A DNA stretch of 57,309 nucleotides, filler included, from Squatina squatina (Eukaryota), in assembly GCA_031763465.1 (NCBI GenBank). It is 3 parts of 3 records of this genome, joined end to end, with 100 filler letters (N's around TTAATTAATTAA, not from the genome) between each part and the next. Parts side by side here need not be neighbours in the genome. Positions count along the whole stretch, not along the records: positions 23,634 to 42,139 come from JARFOE010000115.1; 2 more parts are not named here. One strand, given 5' to 3'. The position numbers were made by a program, and so were the translations under genes. Shown here in pieces: positions 24,535-35,869 of this stretch; the first letter of the stretch is position 1, and every line of letters begins with the position of its first letter. The notes beneath the pieces were generated by a model, which saw only the letters and a program-made list of their open reading frames with translations, did no database searches and was not told the DNA's origin.

Positions 24535-24738
24535 TAATTTGTTAGGAAAAGGTGTAGTGCCAGAGGACTGGTGGATAGCTGAAGTTATCCGTATATTCAA
24601 GAAAGGAGATAGAATATGTCCACGGAACTATAGACCAGTTAGCTAAACAGTGGTGGTAGGGAAAATCATGGTTTGCCTACTAAAGGATTAAATAGACAAA
24701 CATTTAGAAGCCAAAACTATAATAATGAATAGTCAAGC
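24535..24738 (+). mobile_element. CR1 LINE ORF2 fragment (start of the RT domain)
   Basis: Translates to GVVPEDWWIAEVIRIFKKGDRICPRNYRPVS*TVVVGKIM, the classic P.DW..A.V.PIFKKG....P.NYRPVSL motif. Confidence 0.85.
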
Positions 24739-25247
24739 NNNNNNNNNNNNNNNNNNNNNNNNNNNNNNNNNNNNNNNNNNNNNNNNNNNNNNNNNNNNNN
24801 NNNNNNNNNNNNNNNNNNNNNNNNNNNNNNNNNNNNNNGTTTAGTTCAACCAGTTTTACATGGTAAATTAAGAATGAATTCAAATGGGAAATACTACAGC
24901 GATAACCTTATGTCTATCATTACTAGCTTAGCCATTTTCTCTCAGTTTTTAAAAATTATTTACAGACTTAAGCCCGTAGAGGAAACTGCTGTAAATGAAG
25001 AAATGTAATTTGGCAGACCTTATATAGTCACAGAATACTTACTTTTCCTTCATAAATTCAAATTTTTCACTTCATGCCAAATTTTGAAGAGCACTGCTTC
25101 CACTTGTTGTTTCCCTTGAATGTTGGTGATGGAACACTTGCATGTTGTGTTTAATGCCTTGCATGATCAGAACATGCAGAGGCAACTTCCAGTCTGCATG
25201 CTTAATGAGTCTTTTTCCTTTTTCTCCTTCCCTGTCTGTGCACACAG

Positions 25248-25265
25248 AAGACAACTATGTTGAAG
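25248..25265 (+). CDS. NRXN1: NRXN1 splice site 1 microexon (18 nt), (E)DNYVE
   Basis: Polypyrimidine tract + cacacag|AAGACAACTATGTTGAAG|gtggg, phase 1-1. Matches the NRXN1 SS1 sequence EDNNVE. The acceptor is a CAG/AAG NAGNAG. Confidence 0.85.
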
Positions 25266-26236
25266 GTGGGTGCTTCACACAATTTATTTTCTTAAGCTAC
25301 TTTATCTGTGCTGGTAATGTGTAACAATGCAAAATGGTAACTGGTTTTAGCTAATTTTGTATAATGGATGCTTACTAATCAAAAGCCAATGTAATATCAA
25401 AATGTAATGAATCCGTATATTACTAAGTTAGTTGTGTCTGAAAATTGAGCAGGACAATCATTTTAAAATGCNNNNNNNNNNNNNNNNNNNNNNNNNNNNN
25501 NNNNNNNNNNNNNNNNNNNNNNNNNNNNNNNNNNNNNNNNNNNNNNNNNNNNNNNNNNNNNNNNNNNNNNNATTCTCATTATTTTAACTATTTCACATGA
25601 GTTCCATTTTTATGGAAAGCTGGGTGACAACATTTTGTATTGGGTTCAAAAATAAATTTTCAAACCATATAGCTTAAGGGATATTGGATACAACTTTAAG
25701 TTCTAGCTTGCTTTCAAATTGCAATCGACGTAAAACTATTCAAATTAACACAGGGCAGCATTCTGTAGAAAGTTAAAGCAGAAGGATGTCTAACTATTTG
25801 AAAATAAATAGCTGTGGTCGGTGTTTATAGCATCTCTACTCAGTGCTTCTATTTTTTATTTCCTAAATCATGATTAAAACTTTCCTGAAAATATACATTT
25901 ATGGAAGCAGACTAACAACTTATGTCTTTTGGCACCTTATGTAAGGCAGAAGGGCGGACCTGTTACAAAATTTCCCTTAGGAGCTTTAGTTCTCTAATGC
26001 AAATATGTGTATGTAGAAAATCTCAGAATTGTCCAATGCTATCTGAATCATTTCTTCATTCTTCTGATCTTGTCCCAAAGCATTGAAACCTGTGGTTGAA
26101 AAATGCTTTTTTATTTCCCTGTAATAAAGACATCTAATAGAAAGCAGATGTCTGTCACAAAACATTTTTGTCATTGTGACAATACCTTCCCACATGCCCT
26201 TGTTCTTTGCTGACTGTGCTCTTGTTTCCCTTCAAG

Positions 26237-26266
26237 GTCTGGCGCACCTGATGATGGGCGACCAAG
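26237..26266 (+). CDS. NRXN1: NRXN1 splice site 1 microexon (30 nt), GLAHLMMGDQ
   Basis: tttcccttcaag|GTCTGGCGCACCTGATGATGGGCGACCAAG|gtatgg. The peptide is identical to the NRXN1-alpha SS1 insert GLAHLMMGDQG as recalled. Confidence 0.92.
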
Positions 26267-27207
26267 GTATGGGTTCCATTCCTTTTTTCCACTGTGCTTC
26301 CTTCTTCCACCCCCCACCTTTAGTGGTTGTCTTTAAACTCTCTGTAGAAATAATTCAACAAAAGCTTATACTTCCAGTTTGGCTGTTTCAAGAAAAATGT
26401 GTCTTTATCCTTTTTTTTTCTTTTTGCACTTGAGCCAAGCTTTCTTCTTTGTCTTTGTCTTTGTGCAAATTAGGAGAAAATGAGAACAGTTAATGTGAAA
26501 ATGTCAGTGTTTTAAAAAATTGAAGCAATGTTAAAATTGTAATTGAGTGTATAGCTAGTTTAGAGTGCTTGAATTTAGAGTTGTGCTTGCTTATGTATCA
26601 GGTGGTATTGTCACTAATTAGTGCCTGCTCTCAGCTTGGAGTGTGATGAATTGTCACACTTTGTTGCAACCTGTGTGCAGCAGTGTGCTTCAACCATAAA
26701 CAAAAAATGCATGGCTGATTGAAAGTATGTTGTGTGCACCTGCCCAGGCTGTTGGAATGCTGGAGGAATGGTTTTACAAGCNNNNNNNNNNNNNNNNNNN
26801 NNNNNNNNNNNNNNNNNNNNNNNNNNNNNNNNNNNNNNNNNNNNNNNNNNNNNNNNNNNNNNNNNNNNNNNNNNNNNNNNNGAGGAATGGTTTTACAAGC
26901 AAGTCAACCACATAATTTCACTACTAATTACTTTCAGTGTTCTTTTTTTTAAGTTGAATCAGTTAAATCATAGTTCTCAAGGTGTTTTGAATACTTAAAT
27001 TTCCCAACAGAAAATTAGCTTCATAACATGGAATTCATGCTTCCATCTCAACATAATATACTCATGTTACACCTGAATGTTTACATGTTAAATATTTTTT
27101 TCTTGCAATGATTAGTAGCATTTACATATATCATGAAACTTATAAATTGTTTCTCTCTTTTTATTCAAATATGCTTACTTCATGGAACCATTCCACCAAT
27201 TCCATAG

Positions 27208-27219
27208 GTAAAATTAAAG
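27208..27219 (+). CDS. NRXN1: NRXN1 splice site 1 microexon (12 nt), GKIK
   Basis: ttccatag|GTAAAATTAAAG|gtacta, phase 1-1, in the correct order after the 30-nt exon. The mammalian equivalent is GKSK. Confidence 0.78.
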
Positions 27220-29084
27220 GTACTAAATGTTTTGCTTTTTTTGGAATAATTAAAAATATATACTTTTAAATGCCATTTATATAAATGGGGAAAAAATGGC
27301 ATTTTTTTGTTGCCTGAAGGTTTATGCTGGGTAAATGGTGTGTAGTTATGATATTGTATTGCATTACACGATCTCAAAGGTAAGGCTGTTGTTGNNNNNN
27401 NNNNTGTGAAGCTGTAGCCAGTTGTTGTAGTTGATGTGTAGCTAATCTGAGGTTATGATGCAGACGGAAGAAAATTCTACACTAAAATGAAATGGAAAGG
27501 CATAATGTGATAAGAAATGATGCACATCATCAGATAAAAACTGAGTACAACTCTATGTAAGAGCAGCATATTGAATTTTCACTTCCCAGGACCTAGGTGC
27601 AAATCTAGCAGAGACTGATAGGACGAAAGTCTCACCTGCTTGTTGCATACAGTAATTTGGAAAACTGAGAGATATGATTCTCCCTTCATGTTGGAAGGTG
27701 GACATATTTATAGCTTAAACTTTCAGAATATTTTATTATCCAGGCAAAACCATTCTAAAATTAATTACTGACATCTTGCAATAGAACATAGTCTCTTTTG
27801 AAACTTGACAAAGGCTATATTAAATGTAGATGCTATACATTTCAATTTGAGCAATATCTCTTTTTAATTATATTTAATGGGTGTTGAGTAATTGCTTTTT
27901 AAGTCTTTGAATGAGCAATGGGTATTGAGTACTGAATGGGTACAAAATTGAATAAATGTAAATGTTAAATTTTAGATTAGCTGAGTTAACAGATATTTTC
28001 GGTATCACTTTCAAGATCACAATTTTAAATGAACATGTGGGATAAAGTTTAAATGAAAACATTGCAGTTATATTAATCATAGCAGATGCAGATTCAGACA
28101 CTCGGAAGCCTTAGCCAGTGAATAGCTTAGCCATTTTGATGCAGAAGGAACTAGTAGTTAGCTGATCTCAGTCGTATGGCAGGAGGTGTTCTACATTTGG
28201 TCTCATTGCCCTTAGGTTAGAAAGGGGAAACTTGGCTAGAGGTTTCTGCTAGAAGTGCTTGTGTGAATGTCAGGTGAGGAGAAGATTAGCTTTAGTTTTG
28301 ATAACCATGCACTTATTGTCAAGGTTCACACATGAATATTGATCACTTTGGTTTCATACTGGTGGGTGACTGGTGCCATTAAAAACATAGAACANNNNNN
28401 NNNNNNNNNNNNNNNNNNNNNNNNNNNNNNNNNNNNNNNNNNNNNNNNNNNNNNNNNNNNNNNNNNNNNNNNNNNNNNNNNNNNNNNNNNNNNNCATCAC
28501 CAGCTGCCCACCATCATCATGCCCACCAACTCCTTCACTTGCCACACCCAGCCACTGCACTGGTGGCACACACCGCAGCCCTGCATCGTCCTCGGAGAGC
28601 TCAGCCAGGAAAATGACATCAACTGAGGTTTGATCAGACAATGGGTCAGCATGACCGAGCTTTGGGCATTGCCAATATATCCGGCTTCCCGAGGGTCCAG
28701 GGTGCCATCGAGTATGTCTGCCCATCCCCGCAGGTGATCAGGTGATTAGACTATCCCTCCTCGCCCACCAACGACCTATGCTATGACTGACCCAACCAGT
28801 GCTTGTGTCAGCAGAATGATCCCCTTTAAAGGCTGAGGTGGGCTGAGACCTGATAGCACCTCCTTACATCAGACCAACAATTGGGCAGCTGGATAAACCT
28901 AAGAGTCAATAGTTCCATTAGTGCCGGTTTTGAACATAGGTTTTGTTTTGTGCTGCTAAGAAATTTTCTAAGATGCCAATGCCCTGACTTAAAGGGACAG
29001 CTCTATTAGGGCGCTAAAATTACACCTATTGATCCCATATAGCCACCAGCTATAAAAATGCCAATTGGGCGCCCCCTTGATTTG

Positions 29085-29415
29085 ATCACCCCACGACCTT
29101 CTGAACGTGAGGGAATACAAACCGAATTCAACCCTTTAAGTACTGGTATAATTCTGGTGAATCTGCACTGTACCCACCGCCAAGGCTAATATATCCTTCC
29201 TGAGGTTTGGTGCCCAGAACTGAGTGCTCTGTACAGCTGCAGCATAACTTCCGCCTCTTTGTAATCCAGCACCCTTGACATAAAAGCCAACATTCCACTG
29301 GCCTTTTTGATTATTTTTTGTACCTGTCCACCAGCTTTGAGTGAATTCGAACTTGGACTCCCAAGTCTCTTTGCTCCTCCGCAGTTCCTAGTCTTTCAAC
29401 ATTCAGAAAATATTC
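29085..29415 (-). mobile_element. CR1 LINE fragment
   Basis: Reverse-complement similarity to 2100-2480 (TTCTGGTGAATCTGCACTG, GGTGCCCAGAACTG, GCCAACATTCC..GCCTTTTTGATTATTTT). Confidence 0.8.
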
Positions 29416-29441
29416 GGATTTGCCACATTTTGGGCTCACCG

Positions 29442-30396
29442 AGGGTGACCAGATTTTAGGAAGGTCAAACCGGGACAAAAGTTACCTGCCGGCTGCGTCG
29501 AGAGACTGCACATGCACAGTCTGGGCTCCCCGAGACTTCTCCGAGCCTGCACATGCATAGTCCGGGCTCCCCAGAGACTTCTCCGAGCCTGCACATGCAT
29601 AGTCCGGGCTCCTCAGAGACTGCACAGACACAGTCCAGGCTCCTCAGAGACTGCGCATGCACAGTCCGGGCTCCCTGAGACTGCACATGCACAGTCCGGG
29701 CTCCTCAGAGACTGCACATGCACAGTCCGGGATCCCTGAGACTTCTCCGAGACTGCACATGCACAGTCCGGGCTCCTCAGAGACTGCACATGCACAGTCC
29801 GGTCACCCTGAGACAGCGCATGCAGAGTCCGGGCTCCCCGACTCTTCTCCGAGACTGCGCATGCACAGTCCGGGCTCCTCAGAGACTGCACATGCACAGT
29901 CCGGGATACCTGAGATTTCTCCGAGACTGTACATGCACACTGCGGGCTCCTCGGAGACTGCACATGCACAGTCCAGTCTCCTTGAGACAGCACATGCACA
30001 GTCCGGGCTCCTCGGAGAATGTGCATGCACAGTCCGGACTCCTCGGAGACTGCACATGCGCAGTCCGGGCTCCCCGAGTCTTCTCTGAGATTGCACATGC
30101 ACAGTCCGGATCCACAGAGACTGCACATGCGCAGTCTGGGCTCCTCAGAGAATGCGCATGCACATATAAACAAAAAATGCTGGAAAAACTCTAATATTGC
30201 ACTTTGTGTTTGGAGTTGTAATTATAACACATGCCATTTATTGTGAAAATTAGTATTGATTTGTATTTAGTACAACTGTGTGTTTGAGTTTGTGACAAGG
30301 TTTGAAATAACTTATAATACACTTGCCCATATTTAAATTATGTAAAGTTTTGGTATAAAGTAAATTAAAATATAAAAAATGCAATCTGGTCAGTAT
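29442..30396 (+). mobile_element. hAT (Tip100-like) non-autonomous element containing an internal minisatellite
   Basis: Left end AGGGTGACCAGAT...AAACCGGGACA. Possible right end ATCTGGTCA at 30384-30392. The termini match the MITEs at 53792 and 56864. Confidence 0.55.
29502..30163 (+). repeat. Minisatellite of about 30-42-nt units, consensus GAGACTGCACATGCACAGTCCGGGCTCCTCA, with an optional GAGACTTCTCC-type insert
   Basis: About 20 directly visible head-to-tail units. Confidence 0.95.
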
Positions 30397-30764
30397 AGAG
30401 AAGTCACATTCCTAAAATGGGTGTAATCAATATTTCCTTCATGAGATATTCATGCTGTATTCAGACAAGACTCTGCAGATCTGCTTGTTGTCAGTTGCAG
30501 AATAATGATCTACTGCTTAGGTGACTGAAGTGATGCTTTGGATTACTTTTCTGCCAAGACAGCCAAAATCCAGGGATGAAAGTGACTGAAAAATGTCTCT
30601 GAAATTGTTCTTTAGAAAATGTAATTGCTTGGCTTGAACTACTTCTGTGTTTGATAAGTTGAGCTGACTGACTTGCTTTCAGTCAAGAGAAAGATGTATC
30701 TAATAAGAATGACTGCTGAGAAAGATACGTAAGAGAACATATTTTATATGAGAGAAATACAAGG

Positions 30765-31237
30765 GACCCTGAAATTGTGGTCGGAGGCTTTCCACGCAAG
30801 TAAAATCCGTACTTACCTGTTGGCTCCGGACCTACGAAGACTCGTACTCCTGGCCCTGCAGACGTGTGCCTGGGTAAAGACCCACATATCCCAGGGGCGC
30901 ATGCGGTTCACAAGCACCCCAGGGATTACATGGGCTTGCCCAACCAATAAAAGAAGGGAATGTCCATTCATACTTATGGGGTTTCTGTTTGTACGGAAAA
31001 CCCCATAAGTATGAATGGGAATCACTTAAAAAAAAATACACAAACACATGAAATTCTAAAAAAAAATGACATATCTAAAATTAATTAAAATGCCATTTAA
31101 TTAAATATTTTAAACAATTTATTTCTTTGAACTTTTTTATATGTTTTAACGGGGCTAACAATAAACCTACTTTATTGGACAGAGTTTCTAATGTATAAAT
31201 GAGTGATAAAATGTTATTTTTCTATTTTTTAAAACTC
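30765..31237. mobile_element. Probable non-autonomous DNA transposon remnant
   Basis: Abrupt CpG-rich start (GGGACCCTGAAATTGTGGTCGGAGG...) with repeated TACG/CGTA words, then an AT-rich interior, in AT-rich intronic context. Truncated by a gap. Confidence 0.35.
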
Positions 31238-34200
31238 NNNNNNNNNNNNNNNNNNNNNNNNNNNNNNNNNNNNNNNNNNNNNNNNNNNNNNNNNNNNNNN
31301 NNNNNNNNNNNNNNNNNNNNNNNNNNNNNNNNNNNNNCTCTCTCCACAGATGCTGCCTGACCTGCTGAGTTTTTCCAACATATATACAAGTATTAGACTG
31401 CTGGTTTTGATTAGGACACTTGACTTAGCCTGAATGCAAGGGTCTGGCAGAATAATGTTCTTCCTCCTTTTGAAGCAGACAAGAGAATGTGGTTGGAACC
31501 TAAGAAATCTCCAAATTGCCGAGGTATATTGCAGTTGAAATTTCATGGGCATGCTAATTCATTCAGGTTATGCACAAGAATGCAAGTTTTATTCTATTAA
31601 AAGGTGAGAGTTTACTTATGGAAACTGCCTTTGTTCTATATGCATGAATGAGGAGTGTTCAGAGACTGCGACTCCACTAATATCTGGCTTAAGAGTGATG
31701 TTGGGAGCTTCTACCCACTTAACTGTTCATCTATCATCTCAGCTGTAGAAAGTGCATGACATAGGTGAGATGTTGGAGAAAAAGAGAATGAAGAGATTTC
31801 ACATCCTCGAAAATAAAATTTAACAATAGTAGCAAAGACCATGGACCCTGCGAAGTTTCCAGCTAATCACATCTCAATACAGAAGCAAATTGGGGAGTGA
31901 CACCATCCATTCATTTTAAATATTTTTGCAACCATCCATAGAGAAAGGGTCCAACATCTCCGATTTGCAACAATCATTGCTGACAACACTTGTTGGTCAC
32001 TGTTGTGGCTACACAGTTGTGGCTATACTGTTACTTCAGTAAATGTCCTGGAAGAAAGCCCAGAGTGCAGAAACCTCAAACAATATGTTTACTCATCAAC
32101 TGACAGCGGTTTAGTTACCTACTGATATGCTATGCGATGGTGTGTATGTTGCCCATTAATTGAGCTGAATTGAAACTGTTAAGTCCTTTCATATGGAGAA
32201 TACTTAACTGGTTGAGAAAGGACACCTTAATCCGATCATTTTGAACTTGGGCTCCAGAGTTAAAAGAATACTTTGCCAAACCACTGAGCTATTCATAAGG
32301 TAATTTATTAAATTTAAATTTTATGCCTTTTTGTGATTGTGCTTTTGCAAAATTAAAATTATAAATAAATATTATTTGCCACGATTTTTGGGTATATAAG
32401 GTGAAAAAATATTATATTTGGTGCTTCTTTCCAGGAATTAGAAGATGGTATGTACAGTGTTTCACGATAGATTTTTATGTACTGTATTGCATTTAGATGA
32501 GACCACTTGAGCTACCTTGTAAAGTTGTCATGGCAACAATGCAGTACTGCGTGGCGCATTCAATTGTCTTGATAATACTAGTCTGTGAAGCCAGGACCAA
32601 AGATTAATGTTATTTTATACAGAAAAAAAATTAATTCTGTATGTGTTACAAAGTTAAGCACTTTTTAAAGCTGAAATTGGTAAATGTATTCATACATATA
32701 TGGAAGTAAAAAGGGAGGATGGAAGCTAAAGATACACTTTGCAGCTTGCATTGATACAATCTATTGTTAGGTTTTAGAAGATAACCACATTTGGAAAAAA
32801 AACACTGGAAATTAATTATTTTCCATTTTAACTTAGAAAATAAAATAAGGCATACACATTTACCAGGAAATATCTGTGGCAGAAGACATTTTGTCATAAA
32901 CTCAGTAGAAAACCCTTAACAGCTGTTTCTTTTTCTGGTCAGTCAGCAGGTGTCCCAAAGGAAGATTTGAAAGAGATTTGCCATTTACCAATCAGACAAG
33001 CAAGGACTTCTTACTAGTTGGATTAGCTATTTTTCACATTTCACTTCAAACGATAAATCAAACCAAGCTGAATATGTTCGCACACNNNNNNNNNNNNNNN
33101 NNNNNNNNNNNNNNNNNNNNNNNNNNNNNNNNNNNNNNNNNNNNNNNNNNNNNNNNNNNNNNNNNNNNNNNNNNNNNNNNNNNNNATAGGGCACTTGTCT
33201 GAAGTTAATTGGGCTGTCACCTTTGGCTGAACTCTCCCAATTATTATGGCCTGTCTTGTTCTGGAAAAAGGACCAAATTATGTTCAGTTACAGGTGCCAA
33301 CGTGTGGACAGGAGGGGGACTCGCTAACGTTTGTGCATTAACCTTGTAAGAGGAGGAAGGCCTGAAAATGTTGTGGAGGACAGGTTATGGAGAGAACTAG
33401 AGTTGGGGAGGCAGGCAGACTTGTCCCAGCTCAGGAATTATGCTTACCACTTTTTCCTGCTTTTTTAAAAAATCATCTTATTCACTCTCTGGTGACAGAG
33501 AAAGAAAGAAGGATTTGCATTGATGTCAGAACTTTAATGACCTCAGATGCCCCAAAGTGCTTTTACAGAAAATAAAGTACTTTGTAAGTTGCACAGCAAA
33601 ACCCTACAAACAGCAATGTGATCATGGCCAGATAGCTTCTTCGGTTTTTTAAGGCAAGTCCTATATTGAAACATCTTATCATGTCACTTCTTCTGTCAGA
33701 AACAACTTGTGAACTCTTTTCAGAAAGAACACCATTGTAATATCCCTTCTCATCCTCTGTGTGTGTTAGAGGAAGGTGAATCTTGCCTCTGTGACAGTGG
33801 ACCCCTCAGCACTGCATAACAAACACTATCACTTTGTTTATCCTTCCCAGTCACTAACTCAGATACATCCATCTGGAGGATTTAGATAATTATATAGCTG
33901 CACGTGCACTTGGTGAGACAAAGAGCACAAGAAAGCAGGAACAAAGGTGAAGACAAAGGAGAAGCAGGAATGTGCTTTCTCATGAGGTGGCTTTTGTCAT
34001 TCATAGGACCCTTTACAGACGAGGATGCTTTCTGAGCATCATGCATTGGTGCAATAATTGGGGACCATGCTAAACAGGGTGGCTTGCACGACAGAGGGCA
34101 CTGGCTCTATGTGCTCAGTTGTGTATGATGTTTTTGGAGCACTGAAATCTACCATGGAGTGTATGGCTACTGCAGGACTATCTGCAGTTTATTCAGCCAT

Positions 34201-35869
34201 TGAAATATACATTTCCCTCCACAGCATTATGTTTCATGATGTCAAGTAGTCAAGATATAGTGCATGTAGAAAAGAGTGAAAAATTATAATAAAAGAAAGA
34301 TGTGGTGCGTCATTTGGCTATTTAGTAATGATAGGTTCTACTCTCTTTTAACCATATGTTTGCATTAAGACTGGTCCATATGCCTCTGGCGTAATTTTGT
34401 GAAGGGAGCATTACATAGTCTCTCTCAAAATTATTTGCTGAGAAATATATTATTTAGTTCCATTTTGTTCATTGCAATCATTGGATGTTTTATTATTCTT
34501 CAACTTTTTGTTGGGGGTGGGCGGGTGAGGGTTTGCACAAAAGTAATTCAGGCTTTTTTCATGTCTGGCTGATTGCTGGCTGCTGCTTTACTACTTGAAT
34601 GACGGAAGCTTTTTTTCCCTTGGCCTCGAATGCTGCAGAGCTCTGCCAGTTATCTTTTTCAATCTCCCTGTCTGAAATAATGGCTATGCCATATCTTTGA
34701 TTGACTGTTGATTGCTCAGCATTGCATGCCTTTCATGTTGCTGCTTTCGGGGTCCTTCGGCAGCATTGTTACTTAGCAACGCTGAATGTAGCCATGGGAT
34801 GTATCTTTCAGAAGTAGATTACTTTTGTCGTCCGGTTGCTTGGTGGTAGTGTACCCAAAATACTGTTTCCTTCAAACGATATGTTCTCTTTATTTATTAA
34901 AGTGCTTTGTGATTCCAGAAGTCATGATGTGTCTCCTAGCCTGTGCTCAGCAGACATTCAGACAGAATGCAGCATTGTGATTTTGTGCCTAACCTTAACC
35001 AATCCTGCAAAAGTGTATGATTTCATTCAAAATTCATGCATAGCTACTTGCTGGCTGCAACTGGAAGAGCCTATTCATGAATTTCTAAAATAATGTAAAA
35101 TAGAAAGTAATGTGTTTGACTTAATAATAGGTTTTCAGTGCTTGTTTTAAGCAAACACTGTCAAAATAATTGAAGTAAATGTTTTTTTTTAACATCTTTT
35201 CTGTGAGAAGTGGCAAAGGGATTAGAAAAACCTTTAGTCCTAATTTGAACATTGGACGTGTAAACTAACTCGTGTAGTGAAAAGCAGATATTTGCATGTT
35301 AATAAAACTGAAGGGATCGACTAGATATTAACCTCATTCTGTGAAAACAATTTTAAAAAATTGATTTAGAATCATAAAATTAAATTTATATGTCTAGGGT
35401 TTGGAATTGCAAGATTGTTTCATGCAAAATTGATGTTGTTCTGGCCCAGGAGTTTGGAGTATAAGTCAGAGTCATCACAGTTACACCCATTCCAAAATAC
35501 ATGATAAATTTCGGCAGAAATGGCAGCTGGCAGAAAATGGTACATGTATTCAACTTGGGATCGTCAATTAATTGCAATTAATTTCTTGGCAATTTAGATT
35601 TTTAATGGAAGTTACAGCGATAATACTGGGTTTCAAAAAGGAGCTTCGATATTCAATATTTCATTTTCAAGCATCACCGAATCTTCCTCTTTGTTTTCAA
35701 ATTGAAAATATAAACCACAAGTCCTCTGATGTCTGCCTTACTCATTACTGTATCCCAGCCATCCAACCTCGAGTGGTGGGAAATACAGGTGATGAAAATT
35801 GTGAAGAAGGCAGTCAGTTAGGGAAAGCGCTTGCCACTTGATACTGGGAGGATTGCAGGATTTCATTCC

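Noticed and set aside
31600-32300. Coding-looking stretch ending in a GT donor near 32300
   Set aside because: No sustained open frame or recognisable protein motif was found; possibly very old transposon debris.
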